DNA of 64,000 nt from Nostoc sp. (GTDB taxonomy: Bacteria; Cyanobacteriota; Cyanobacteriia; Cyanobacteriales; Nostocaceae), in contig JBALDB010000053.1 of NCBI GenBank assembly GCA_036918135.1, forward strand, positions 96,001 to 160,000, written 5' to 3'. Both the position numbers and the translations under genes were made by a program. Positions 10,290 through 20,424 of the stretch are shown piece after piece. Numbering within the stretch: position 1 is the stretch's first letter; each line of letters begins with the position of its first letter. Under the pieces are notes generated by a model. The model did not search any database, had not been told where the DNA came from, and worked only from the letters and a program-made list of their open reading frames with translations.

Positions 10290-11639
10290 CTACAACGCCC
10301 CGGCTGCTGTTTTATCTAATACGCCTCCACCCAGGTGAGTGGTGATGTTCATTGCTTGTAATACTGGTGCATTTAGTCCAGAAGGATAATCGATAACACT
10401 AACAGCGCCATTTCCCTGACGAAAATTCCAGAAATTTTCTAGCGATAAACCAAGAATGTGACAAAGCAAGGTTTTATTCGTAGCATCGTGGGCTACTACT
10501 AAGACGGTTTTGAGTTGATTAGTTAATGCTGTTTGCACAATTAATTCCCAAGCTGCAACGCTACGTTCCCATACCTGTTGCAAATTTTCTCCTTCAGGCA
10601 TTTGGACTTTGGCTGGGACTAACCGCCAACGCTGTAACTCTCCTGGAAATTCTTGCTCTATTTCTGTTTCTAATTTTCCTTCCCAGAGTCCGTGGCTGAT
10701 TTCTCTTAAACCATTTTGTAATTCCAACTCTACGCTCGGATGCTGTTTTAAGATAATTTCTGCTGTTTCTTTAGGACGTAGCATTGGGCTACTTACAGCA
10801 TAATCGATCGCTACTTTTTGCAGAAATTCGCTTGCTTTTTGCGACTGCTGTCTGCCGTTCTCGTTGAGGGGAACATCAATTTGCCCTTGAAATCTAGTTT
10901 GGCGATTCCACTCTGTTTCCCCATGACGCACTAGCAGTAATCTTACTCCTTGATGTTCTGGTCTAAATGACGGTAGAGTTTCTCCGCTATGTTGTGTCTG
11001 GTTCAAAGACTCTAACTGGACTGGTTCCCCCAATCCTCCAGCAAAATTTAGTACGCTAATACCACAGTTAGATTGCTGTATTGAATGGTAACGACTTGGG
11101 GGAATTCCTAATGCTGTACCGATCAGAGCGCGATTAATACCGTTATGTCCGACAATCAGAATGGTTTCGCCTTGGTGCTGTGACAAAATTTCTTGCCAAA
11201 ACTGCCGCGCTTGTTCGTATAAAGCCAGAACCGGAAAATGTTCTCTTATACCGTTTTCATCGTTGAGCAGCATCCGCAGTTCGTGAGGACGTTCGTGCCA
11301 AGTGCGGTAGTCTTCGGCTAACTCCTGCTTGACTTGGGCTGTAAGCATTCCTTCCCACAAAGGGAGGTCAATTTCTAGCAGCAAATCAGAAACTTGCACA
11401 ACAGCCGACTGTTCGAGATCGGAAATTAACTCACTGTGGATAATATCAGCTGTGTGTTTGGCTCGTTGCAACGGACTGCTATAAATAGCATCAAATAAAA
11501 TATTACTGAGGGCTTTGCCTAGTTTAGTGGCATCGTTACGACCTTTATCGGTTAATTTTGACGCATCAGTGCGCCCTTGGATACGCCGCTCGGTGTTATA
11601 ACCGCTTTGACCGTGGCGCACTATGATGACACGAGTCAT
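10290..11639 (-). CDS. Two-domain histidine phosphatase (phosphoglycerate mutase family)
   Basis: Two RHG motifs (VRHGQS, VRHGET), each with SSP.R and a later His. Confidence 0.9.
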   Translation of the reverse strand: MTRVIIVRHGQSGYNTERRIQGRTDASKLTDKGRNDATKLGKALSNILFDAIYSSPLQRAKHTADIIHSELISDLEQSAVVQVSDLLLEIDLPLWEGMLTAQVKQELAEDYRTWHERPHELRMLLNDENGIREHFPVLALYEQARQFWQEILSQHQGETILIVGHNGINRALIGTALGIPPSRYHSIQQSNCGISVLNFAGGLGEPVQLESLNQTQHSGETLPSFRPEHQGVRLLLVRHGETEWNRQTRFQGQIDVPLNENGRQQSQKASEFLQKVAIDYAVSSPMLRPKETAEIILKQHPSVELELQNGLREISHGLWEGKLETEIEQEFPGELQRWRLVPAKVQMPEGENLQQVWERSVAAWELIVQTALTNQLKTVLVVAHDATNKTLLCHILGLSLENFWNFRQGNGAVSVIDYPSGLNAPVLQAMNITTHLGGGVLDKTAAGAL

Positions 11640-11813
11640 CGCAAAAAGCCCTCCTGTGTCTAGACGACTAATTTTACTGCAAAATTATTGCACAAGTATC
11701 TAATAGGGAACGCAGATTAATTAAACCACATTCCTAAGTATTTGAGTCAGCAGTAAAATAAATCGCTCGTCGGGCACATACACTCAAGCTAAAGCATCAA
11801 TCTTTATACTTGA

Positions 11814-12167
11814 TTATTCTCTGCGTATATCTAACTGTACTTGTAATCCATCATTGCCATTCCCAGACTGAGCGGGTTCTAGGAAAACCGAAGTATCTGG
11901 CTGTGATAATGATTCGTTGAAGCGTATTTGAGTTGGAGTTTTTTTGTTTGTTTGATTATTATTGGAAATCCTTGAAGGATTAGTTTGCTCAAAAAAGCTT
12001 GTAAAGTCATTTTTGGCTGTTCTATTATTAATTCCAACTAGAGAATCTCCAGCTCTTGTGTATTGTTCTGGATTTGAGCTTGATACTGATGACTGTGCAT
12101 ACACTCGGCTTCCTAAGCAGGCAAAGGCTGCCGTAATTCCTAAGAAAGCAATAATTTTGGTATTCAT
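11814..12167 (-). CDS. Secreted hypothetical protein
   Basis: Signal-peptide-like N-terminus ending VYA. Confidence 0.6.
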   Translation of the reverse strand: MNTKIIAFLGITAAFACLGSRVYAQSSVSSSNPEQYTRAGDSLVGINNRTAKNDFTSFFEQTNPSRISNNNQTNKKTPTQIRFNESLSQPDTSVFLEPAQSGNGNDGLQVQLDIRRE

Positions 12168-12283
12168 TTTTTATCAAAATTTTTTATATATTGCTTATCT
12201 TTATTTTCTGGGCAAGTTCTTTTAATTCACTCTATCTTTGGTTAAATCAACAAGAATTTTATTGTGTATATCTTTAGATAATT

Positions 12284-12422
12284 GTAGGTTGAGTTGTAGC
12301 TTGCTTTCCCGTAGGGGTACGAAATAAAACCCAACAAAACCCCGTAAATGTTGGATTTTGTTCATCAAACGCCACTTGCTTAAAGTCGGCAGAGCCGCCC
12401 AACCAGTGGCTCCCCAACCTAC
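12284..12422. repeat. REP-like GTAGGTTG...CAACCTAC element with nested small dispersed repeats
   Basis: Inverted termini; internal TAGCTTGCTTTCCCGTAGGGGTA and AAACGCCACTTGCT...CCCAACCAGTGGCTC modules; same layout at 63011-63179. Confidence 0.7.
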
Positions 12423-12487
12423 GTAGTTTAAGGTTTTTGGCGCTAACACTAAGCGTGCGGAAGTAGATTTAAAATTTTATCTTTAGC

Positions 12488-13048
12488 TCAACTCAAATCT
12501 AGCCAACCAAAAATTTGTTCTACAGTCAGTTCTAATTTAATTCCCTCAAGAATAGGTAATTTGTCAGCACCTTCGTATAATTCCACTCGTTGTCCGGGAA
12601 ACACTCCCAGCACACTTTCATCTTCTAGGTTGATTAACCAGCCAACTTCAGTACCATTGCGCGAATAATGCAATAATTTACTCAACACTTTTTTTAGCCT
12701 TTGGTCTGGGGACAGAATTTCAATTGCCCAGTCGGGATGAATTTCAAAGCGATTAACAATTCTGCCGGATGGAGTTTTAGGAATTCTATCCCAGCGAAAC
12801 ACAGACACATCAGGGACGATAGAAGCACCGCCAAAAGTGCAGCGTAGTTCTGAGAAAGCGTAAGCAATTTTTGGGCTTTCAGTTACGTTATTAATGACGT
12901 TACAAAATTTAGCCTGTAGTCGCCTATGTTCCCCTTGAGGCATAGGTTTTTGAATGATTTCTCCGTTGAGAAAATCTGATGCTGGTTCAGTTTCCGGCAG
13001 TTTGAGGAACTCTTCTAAAGTTAGTTGGGGTTGAGTTGCGATCGCCAT
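12488..13048 (-). CDS. Uma2-family endonuclease
   Basis: LTLEEFLKLPETEPA, VPDVSV and PDWAIEILSPDQ. Confidence 0.9.
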   Translation of the reverse strand: MAIATQPQLTLEEFLKLPETEPASDFLNGEIIQKPMPQGEHRRLQAKFCNVINNVTESPKIAYAFSELRCTFGGASIVPDVSVFRWDRIPKTPSGRIVNRFEIHPDWAIEILSPDQRLKKVLSKLLHYSRNGTEVGWLINLEDESVLGVFPGQRVELYEGADKLPILEGIKLELTVEQIFGWLDLS

Positions 13049-13109
13049 AATTAAATAAAATACAGGAGATGGTTTTATTATCGGCGTTAGCCAAGCGTCA
13101 AACTACACG

Positions 13110-16100
13110 CTAACTCTCAACCTGCCGCAGTTCCTCCAATTCTTCTGGCGTTAGGGGATTATTTCCTGAGTTGAGTGCTTCTATCCAACGTAGCCGTCGC
13201 TGCTTGACGCAATCAGAGTAATCGAGTGCGCTACTGTCTACAGCAGCTTGAAAGTCTTCTAATGCACCTACTAAGTCACCTATCAGTAATCTAGCCAGCC
13301 CCCGGCTATCTTGATAGCGTTTATTATCAGGATTTAAAGAAACAGCTTTTTCACCGAAGCGGAGAACAGCTTTAGCATAGCCGTGTAAACAGCCAACCCA
13401 GCAGATACTATGCCAAAATTCCGCAGAATTTCTCAAACTTTCGTCAAATTGTTGGGCTTGCTTGAAAGCTTCCTGTGCTTCTTTTACTTTGCCTTCTTCC
13501 ACCCAACTGATGCCCTGACTCAAGGCAAACGCAGCTGCAAAAGCCGAGTCTTGGGTCAACTTTGGAGATATAGCTACTGCTTTATGTAGCCCTTTGGCAT
13601 TGAGCCATTTAGTGTCACTTTTCCAGGCAACTGTTTTCAGGTTGGCACTGCTGAGGTTGGCACAGATAAAATTAGCACCGCTGAGGTCGGCATCTCTGAG
13701 GTCGGCACCTCTGAGGTCGGCACCTCTGAGGTCGGCATCTCTGAGGTCGGCATCTCTGAGGTCGGCACCTCTGAGGTTAGCACTTGTGAGATTAACACCC
13801 CTAAGGTTGGCACGGCTGAAGTTAGCGCCTCTAAAGTTGGTATCCCTCAGATTAGCGCGGCTGAGGTTGGCACTGCTGAGGTTGGCACGGCTGAGATTAG
13901 CACGGCTGAGATTGGCACGGCTGAGATTAGTCTCGCTGAGGTTACCACCGCTAAAGTTAGCATCTGTGAGATTGGCATCACTGAGGTTAGCATTGCTGAG
14001 GTTGGCATTGCTGAGGCTGGCACTGCTGAGGTTAACGCTGCTAAGGTTAGCACTGATAAAGTTAGCATCCCTGAGATTGGCATCCCTAAGATTGGCAAAG
14101 CTGAGGTTGGCACGGCTGAGGTTGGCAGAGCTGAGATTAGCATCCCTAAGGTTGGCAAAGCTGAGGTCGGCACGGTTTAGATAGGCATTACTGAAGTTGG
14201 CACTGCTGAAAAATAATCTTAAACTGTCTCTAAAGGCAAACAAACCCAGGCAGTGACTATAGCCGATAATACGAAGCAAGCATTCTGAGTCAAATTGAGG
14301 AGTATTATATTTACCGCAGGGATGAAAACTAATTTTGTCTTTGAGGTTGTTTTCTGTTTGGGCATAGCGATGCAACTCTAGCAGCAAAATCATCACATTC
14401 AGCCCTGTACATACATCCACTTGTCGCAATCCCAAGTGATTTTCTCGCTCTGGTACTTGCTCCCGCAATTGTTTTTTCTTCATCTGAGGCAGGTTTACAT
14501 CGTCTGCATCAATAAATTCCCCATCGCACCAACGAAAGTAGAAATGCTCCAATCTTTGGAACAGTTGACACAAGCGTTCCACGTCGTGAAATTCTGAACT
14601 CTCAGCCAACAACCCCATCAAATATTCCACAATCTCACGGGTTAAATTCCCATACCCTAATAAATCGTAAATCTGCTTATCCATTAGGACTGTGGTAACA
14701 AAGTCTTCTTCGCGCTGACGCTTGCTTACCTTGGTTGTCCAATCTACAAAGCTTTCTAGTACCCGTTGTGCGAATAAAAACTCGCTAAAACTCTTGTGGA
14801 TAAATTCAACAGAGCCGCCTTTATCGCCTGAAGCTGGTTTAATATAAAATGCCGTCAACAAATTATTGAGTTGCTTATCTTGTTGATGTTTGTGGAAGTG
14901 ATTCTCTTGTCTGGCTTGCTGAATTAACTTGCCAGCTGGGTTGTTACTGTCTTTGAGCCGTGCTTCTAACATCGTGACTCTGGCAGATTCATTCCCAGAC
15001 TGCACTACACACAAAGCGGCTTCAGTGAGAAATTGCCGCAAATCTTCGCTCTCCAATCCAGTCAAGCGGGAGTTATGATTCTGATTTTCACTATCACGCT
15101 GTTTTTCTAGTACCCACTTCACCGATTGGTCATAGATACGGATTTTTGCTTTAATACCCTCTGCGCCTGCAAACATTTGGACGTTAAAACGGTTATCTCG
15201 GTGCATCCGCGCCAGTAAATAGAGCAGTAAAGGTTCTCGTGCTAGTTTATTTTTAACTTGTTCGGGGCAAGCGTACAAAAACTTTTCAAACTCACTCTTA
15301 TTAATTTGAGCCGCAACTGACCATTTCTCCAACCATTTGTGCCGAATTGAGTCATCCATTGGCTGAAGTTGGACGCGCTTGAGGCTTTTGGTTTGTGAAA
15401 GAAAGCGCTCATTTCCTTGCAGCGCCAAGGGACGACCGGTAACCAAAAACTGATGATGACAAAGGCGGTCTTTTTGAAACTGTTCCACCTGTTCTAAAAA
15501 TTCTCTCAAGCCACCACTTGCTCGTCCTTCCAGCAACAACTCGTCAAATCCATCGAGTAAAAATAAAAAGCGAGTATTTTTATCAGTCAGCCAGCCTGAA
15601 TCACTGGTGACAAAATCAAGGTGTTGTAAATAGTTTTCTAGAGTATCAGTTAAGTTATCTTTTAGTACTCGCAAATCTCGCAACCGAATCAGAATTGGGG
15701 TAAAAGTGGGATGCAATTCTCGCCGCACCCAATCGGCAAACATCCGACAAAAGAGACTTTTCCCCCGTCCGGCTTCGCCTTGAATAAACAAAACTTGTTT
15801 GTGTTTCGGGTCTGGCTCGTTGAGTATTGTCTTAACCCACGCTTCCAATTCAACATTTGTATTGTCTTCGGCATCGAGTTCTTTGACTTGCAACGGTACA
15901 TACAAATCCCGAAAGGTAATATTGCTTTCATCAAAAATCTTTTCTTCTGGCTTTGGTTTTATTACCTGTTCCAAATAATCTTCAATATCTAGATTTTTCT
16001 CTAGTTTCTCTTTTCCGCCAACGCTGTACCATCTCCAAAGTTTGTCTATTTTATCTGTAACTTCTATTAATGCGTCTTGCATTTTTTTATCGGTGTGACA

Positions 16101-16700
16101 CGCTACCCGTTGAGTGAAGGTCTTTGCTTGTGTCTCGGTTAATCCGGCTTCTTGTAAGCGTTGCTGTAAAATCTGATTAAATGATTCTGCTAGTTGAGAT
16201 TCATGGAAACAGAGAATTGCTCTTTTCACTTCCCGCCGATTAAACTCTTGCTCGCCTAATTTCTGAATCTGCAATGCTAAAGCATGAGAAGCTGGCAGGT
16301 TTGGATCGATTTTTAGGAGTAATTTGGAATCTTGTTTGAGAATGTCCTGAAAACTATCTATGTAAGCAGCCTGGCTAATTATGAGGACACAGTTTTCTAA
16401 ACTTAGCTGTTTATGGGTTGCATCAACAATGAACTTTAATATACTAATGGCGATGGGTGCAAAGGGAATCACTTCCTTGGTAATTTGACCGAGAGGAGAA
16501 TTAAATACATCTAAGAGCGAGGAAATCTGTTCTATATAAGGTTTGAAGTTTGGAACATTGGGTTTTTGTTCCTTAATTGCTTTTGCTAAATCAAGCACGG
16601 CTTTAGCAGCTTCGGCTCCAGTCTTTGTTACCTCTACACCTTGTCCCCAGTTTAACTCCTGAATGTTTCGCAAAAACTTCCACTGCTTCGTCATCGCCAT
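13110..16700 (-). CDS. NACHT NTPase with pentapeptide repeats and C-terminal TPR
   Basis: Walker A GEAGRGKS, Walker B FLLDGFDE, EPLLL, FIHKSFSEF; long A(N/D)L(S/R)x pentapeptide tract; TPR-like tail. Confidence 0.9.
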   Translation of the reverse strand: MAMTKQWKFLRNIQELNWGQGVEVTKTGAEAAKAVLDLAKAIKEQKPNVPNFKPYIEQISSLLDVFNSPLGQITKEVIPFAPIAISILKFIVDATHKQLSLENCVLIISQAAYIDSFQDILKQDSKLLLKIDPNLPASHALALQIQKLGEQEFNRREVKRAILCFHESQLAESFNQILQQRLQEAGLTETQAKTFTQRVACHTDKKMQDALIEVTDKIDKLWRWYSVGGKEKLEKNLDIEDYLEQVIKPKPEEKIFDESNITFRDLYVPLQVKELDAEDNTNVELEAWVKTILNEPDPKHKQVLFIQGEAGRGKSLFCRMFADWVRRELHPTFTPILIRLRDLRVLKDNLTDTLENYLQHLDFVTSDSGWLTDKNTRFLFLLDGFDELLLEGRASGGLREFLEQVEQFQKDRLCHHQFLVTGRPLALQGNERFLSQTKSLKRVQLQPMDDSIRHKWLEKWSVAAQINKSEFEKFLYACPEQVKNKLAREPLLLYLLARMHRDNRFNVQMFAGAEGIKAKIRIYDQSVKWVLEKQRDSENQNHNSRLTGLESEDLRQFLTEAALCVVQSGNESARVTMLEARLKDSNNPAGKLIQQARQENHFHKHQQDKQLNNLLTAFYIKPASGDKGGSVEFIHKSFSEFLFAQRVLESFVDWTTKVSKRQREEDFVTTVLMDKQIYDLLGYGNLTREIVEYLMGLLAESSEFHDVERLCQLFQRLEHFYFRWCDGEFIDADDVNLPQMKKKQLREQVPERENHLGLRQVDVCTGLNVMILLLELHRYAQTENNLKDKISFHPCGKYNTPQFDSECLLRIIGYSHCLGLFAFRDSLRLFFSSANFSNAYLNRADLSFANLRDANLSSANLSRANLSFANLRDANLRDANFISANLSSVNLSSASLSNANLSNANLSDANLTDANFSGGNLSETNLSRANLSRANLSRANLSSANLSRANLRDTNFRGANFSRANLRGVNLTSANLRGADLRDADLRDADLRGADLRGADLRDADLSGANFICANLSSANLKTVAWKSDTKWLNAKGLHKAVAISPKLTQDSAFAAAFALSQGISWVEEGKVKEAQEAFKQAQQFDESLRNSAEFWHSICWVGCLHGYAKAVLRFGEKAVSLNPDNKRYQDSRGLARLLIGDLVGALEDFQAAVDSSALDYSDCVKQRRLRWIEALNSGNNPLTPEELEELRQVES

Positions 16701-17066
16701 AGACTATTCTCCACTAGCGCCGATTTGGAAAAAATGCACCTGTATAACGCTTCTTGTTCGTATACAATAGACTTTAACCTCACTTCCGTTCTTCTCTTCT
16801 AAAAAAAAGAGGCTTTGAGGCTTACTCCCCAACGCTACAAGGGTTCGGGTTGAGCGTTAGGTCGATATTGGATTTAATTGAGAGCCGCTATATTACTTGA
16901 CTCATAGTCAACTAGTTAAAACCTTGTTTAACTGTCAGTTCTAACTCGGTATCATTGAGTGTAGGCGACTAATAAGTTATTGTATATAACTTCACTTGCT
17001 ACTTGTAAACGCTGTTAGTACAGTGTTAAGTTTTACGCAGAGGCGTAGAGACGTAAAGAATATTAT

Positions 17067-17390
17067 CAAAAACTGATTAATGAGTATCAAAGGTGGATTT
17101 ATTTAGTTCAAAGACTCATTAATGAAGCTCAAATACTCATTAAAGGAGTTCAAAGACTCATTAATGAACCTCAAAGACTCATTAATGAACCTCAAAGGCT
17201 CATTAAAGGAGTTCAAAGGCTCATTAATGGAGTTCAAATACTCGTTAAAGGAGTTCAAAGGCTCATTAAAGGAGTTCAAATACTCGTTAAAGGAGTTCAA
17301 AGGCTCATTAATGGAGTTCAAATACTCATTAAAGGAGTTCAAAGGCTCATTAATGAACTTCTGAGCTTCATCCACGAGTCTCAAAGACTC
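17067..17390. repeat. Tandem array of about 15 x 21-bp units (consensus near CAAAGGCTCATTAAAGGAGTT)
   Basis: Units read in register at 17067, 17088, 17109 ... 17361; no spacers. Confidence 0.95.
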
Positions 17391-17499
17391 CACAATTACG
17401 AATTACCTAGCTTGCTTCTCGACTTTGACGAGTATAGCCGTAGTTACATAGGTTAAGACATAATGACAAGCATGAATGCTATGAATAAATAGTTCTACC

Positions 17500-17566
17500 T
17501 TCTGCCTCCTGCCTCCTGCCTCCTGCCTCCTGCCTTCTGCCTCCTACCTCCTGCCTCCTGCCTCCT
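17500..17566. repeat. STRR-type heptamer tandem repeat (CTGCCTC)n
   Basis: About nine consecutive heptamers just downstream of the WD40 gene stop. Confidence 0.9.
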
Positions 17567-17586
17567 CTTAATATTAGGAATTACCA

Positions 17587-19353
17587 TTAACTCCGTTGCC
17601 AAATTTTAATTGTCTTATCTAAACTTCCGCTAACTAACATCTCACCGGAAGCTGTAAAGGCTAATGCTGTAACTATATTCTCATGACCTGTAAACGTACC
17701 CAGCAATTCTCCAGTTTGCAGATGCCATAATTTGATGGTTCGGTCGGCACTACCGCTGGCGATAATTTGTTCATCAGGACTCAAGGCGATCGCATACACT
17801 CTATCTTTATGTCCTTTAAGGGTATGGAGTAATTCCCCAGTCTCCAATTGCCAAACTTTAATCGTTTGATCCCAGCTACCACTCACCAGCAGTTTACCAT
17901 TTGTACCGATCGCCAAGGAACCAACGATATGAGAATGACCCATCAGGGTATGCAGCGGTTGTGTATCTTTTAAACTGAGGATTCCCGTATCGGCTGAAAT
18001 CTGCCAAACTTTGATTTTACGATAGCTACCTGTAACCACAGTTTGCCCGTCTGGACTCAAAACCAAAGAATGAGCAGCTGTATCATCTAAAGAAAGAGCG
18101 ATCGCTACCTGACGGTGAATCAAATCCCAAAACAGAATTTTTCTATCATCTCCGCCTGTCGCTAACATTCTGCCATCTGGAGTAAACGCAGCACAGCGCA
18201 CTACTCCATGATGTTTGTGCAGGATATCTATTAAGTCCAAAGCGCCCACGTGCCAGATTTTGATTGTCGAGTCTGCACCGCAAGTGACTAAAGTTTGTCC
18301 ATCTGAACTAAAGGCTAAGGAATTTACTTCATCCACTAGCCCAGATATCACCCAAGGATACTCTGATAATGTATCTATTAATTCACCTTTGCTTAAATCC
18401 CAAAGCTTTGTCTCGCCCCGACTACCACTTGCCAATATAGGTAAAATTTTCCCATTATTACACCTGGAACTAAAAGCCAAGCAATTAATTCCTCTGCTGT
18501 GCCCTTTTAAAGTCTGCCAGCATTCCCACTCACCTACTACCTTTTTGAGAGAATGCTCTGGTGGTAGAGTTTGTATTGTCTCTATCGTTCTTTGATTAAT
18601 TAGTGAGGATGTGTCTTTTTTGCCAATAAGTGATTCTAAATACCAACTCAATCCCCCCGCATATAACAAATTACTCGGAGTAATATGCAGTTTTGGTTCC
18701 GGAAATTCTAATTGATTTGTAGGTAAAAATCCAGTTATTATACTTTGTCTTTCGTAACCTAATTTACCTGTGTATGGATAAAACAAACACAGAAAAATTA
18801 ATACTTGGTGATTTCTCAAATCTTCTTGAGTCACCGACCATTTTATTTTGTCTTTCTTAATACCATTAAAACTTTCGCCATCAGCAACGTAAACTTGAAC
18901 GCCCAGGTGAGGATTATCTTTAAGTACATAAGTAAATTTGCTTTGACCGCATAAATTTCCCTCGTCATCTAAAGTGATGTTTTGCAAAGTGTCTTGGGGA
19001 ATTTTTTTAACTAACTTACTCAGACGTTCAGCGATTACGCGATCGACAATTTTTTCCCGTAAAAGATAATTTTGGGCTTGCTGCTGGAAATATGTGGGAA
19101 AAGGAATCATCCAATCTGGAGGTTCGGGATATTCAGGCGGCATAGGCGGCGGATTTTTGGCAAGAACCTCTGCCTGTTGACGAGAAAGTTCCAGGAGTTT
19201 TGCCAATGGCTCACCCCAAAATGCCATAATTTCTGTGTGGCAACCTTTGACTTGACTTTCGAGTAAAGACAAGTCGTAAGTTTTGGGTTTTTTCACACGT
19301 TGAAGGAAGTCAGTTTGTTGAGCTTTGAGTAAGCTAATCCAATCCATCTGCAT
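17587..19353 (-). CDS. WD40-repeat protein with uncharacterised N-terminal domain
   Basis: About seven GH...SGSxDxTIKxW repeats at the C-terminus. Confidence 0.9.
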   Translation of the reverse strand: MQMDWISLLKAQQTDFLQRVKKPKTYDLSLLESQVKGCHTEIMAFWGEPLAKLLELSRQQAEVLAKNPPPMPPEYPEPPDWMIPFPTYFQQQAQNYLLREKIVDRVIAERLSKLVKKIPQDTLQNITLDDEGNLCGQSKFTYVLKDNPHLGVQVYVADGESFNGIKKDKIKWSVTQEDLRNHQVLIFLCLFYPYTGKLGYERQSIITGFLPTNQLEFPEPKLHITPSNLLYAGGLSWYLESLIGKKDTSSLINQRTIETIQTLPPEHSLKKVVGEWECWQTLKGHSRGINCLAFSSRCNNGKILPILASGSRGETKLWDLSKGELIDTLSEYPWVISGLVDEVNSLAFSSDGQTLVTCGADSTIKIWHVGALDLIDILHKHHGVVRCAAFTPDGRMLATGGDDRKILFWDLIHRQVAIALSLDDTAAHSLVLSPDGQTVVTGSYRKIKVWQISADTGILSLKDTQPLHTLMGHSHIVGSLAIGTNGKLLVSGSWDQTIKVWQLETGELLHTLKGHKDRVYAIALSPDEQIIASGSADRTIKLWHLQTGELLGTFTGHENIVTALAFTASGEMLVSGSLDKTIKIWQRS

Positions 19354-19739
19354 TAGAGGGGCGTACTATTGCATACCTAAGGTAAGCTATACCAATGGAA
19401 TTACTCAAGTTTATAATCTTTAGTTAATTAAAAATCCCGTAATTTTAGTAGTCTAATAAAACACAAGTATAAGTATCTGGATAGCACTTAGACATTTGAT
19501 AAACAGATGTAGCTCCGCTACATAGAATTTAGATGATTTCAATTAATTCTAATGGAGATAGAAAACAAGATACTGTCTCTAGGGAAACAGTTCTAGCAGT
19601 CAACCAAGCCGGATTAACCCAGGTTAAAAAAGTTCGTAGTAAGCACTTTAGTGCTGAAATCGAGGCAAATACTCAAACAATTATTAATTACAGCCAATAT
19701 TCTGATAAAATCCTTTGAATATTAATAGTTAAGCTAACT

Positions 19740-20417
19740 ATGACAAGTGCATCTAACATTTTTCTAGCTGGCGCGAGTCGCGGCGTAGGTCGAGAAATTG
19801 CTCAATATTTAAGGGCGCAACAGCTAAAGGTAAAAGCACTCTTGAGAACACTAACAGTTGCTAGTGAATTAGAAAAAATTGGTATTCAAGTAGTTCAGGG
19901 AGATGCCTTAAATGTTGAGGATCTAAAACGTGCAATCCAAGCAGAGGAACCTATTGATACTGTTATCAGTACAATTGGCGGTTTACCAGCAGACGTTGAA
20001 AGACCAGACTACCCCGGTAATAAAAATTTAATTGACGTAGCAGTGAAAGCTGGAGTCCAAAAGTTTATTCTTGTGTCTTCCATTGGTGCTGGCAATAGTA
20101 TAAGCGCTTTGTCTCCCCAAGCTTTAGCAGCACTGGGGACAGTTTTAGCTGAGAAAAACAAAGCTGAACAATACTTAGTTGCTAGCGGACTAACCTATAC
20201 CGTCGTTCGTCCTGGTGGACTTAAGTCAGAACCAGCAACCGGGAATGGCGTTTTAACTGAAGATCCGCACGTTATTGGTAGCATTAATCGCCAAGATGTA
20301 GCACAGTTAGTTTGTGGCTGTTTAAATAGCGATCGCGCTGCTAATAAAATCTTGTCAGCGGTAGACCGAAATATGCTATTTGGGCAAATAGAATTTGCAG
20401 AATTTAGCTTAGATTAA
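19740..20417 (+). CDS. Atypical SDR / NAD(P)H-binding oxidoreductase
   Basis: LAGASRGVG Rossmann motif and YTVVRPGGL. Confidence 0.88.
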   Translation: MTSASNIFLAGASRGVGREIAQYLRAQQLKVKALLRTLTVASELEKIGIQVVQGDALNVEDLKRAIQAEEPIDTVISTIGGLPADVERPDYPGNKNLIDVAVKAGVQKFILVSSIGAGNSISALSPQALAALGTVLAEKNKAEQYLVASGLTYTVVRPGGLKSEPATGNGVLTEDPHVIGSINRQDVAQLVCGCLNSDRAANKILSAVDRNMLFGQIEFAEFSLD

Positions 20418-20424
20418 TCGCTAA

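Noticed and set aside
13594..14184. Leu/Arg-rich ORF 13594-14184 (+) and ORF 13847-14173 (-)
   Set aside because: Antisense and alternate-frame shadows of the pentapeptide repeat tract.
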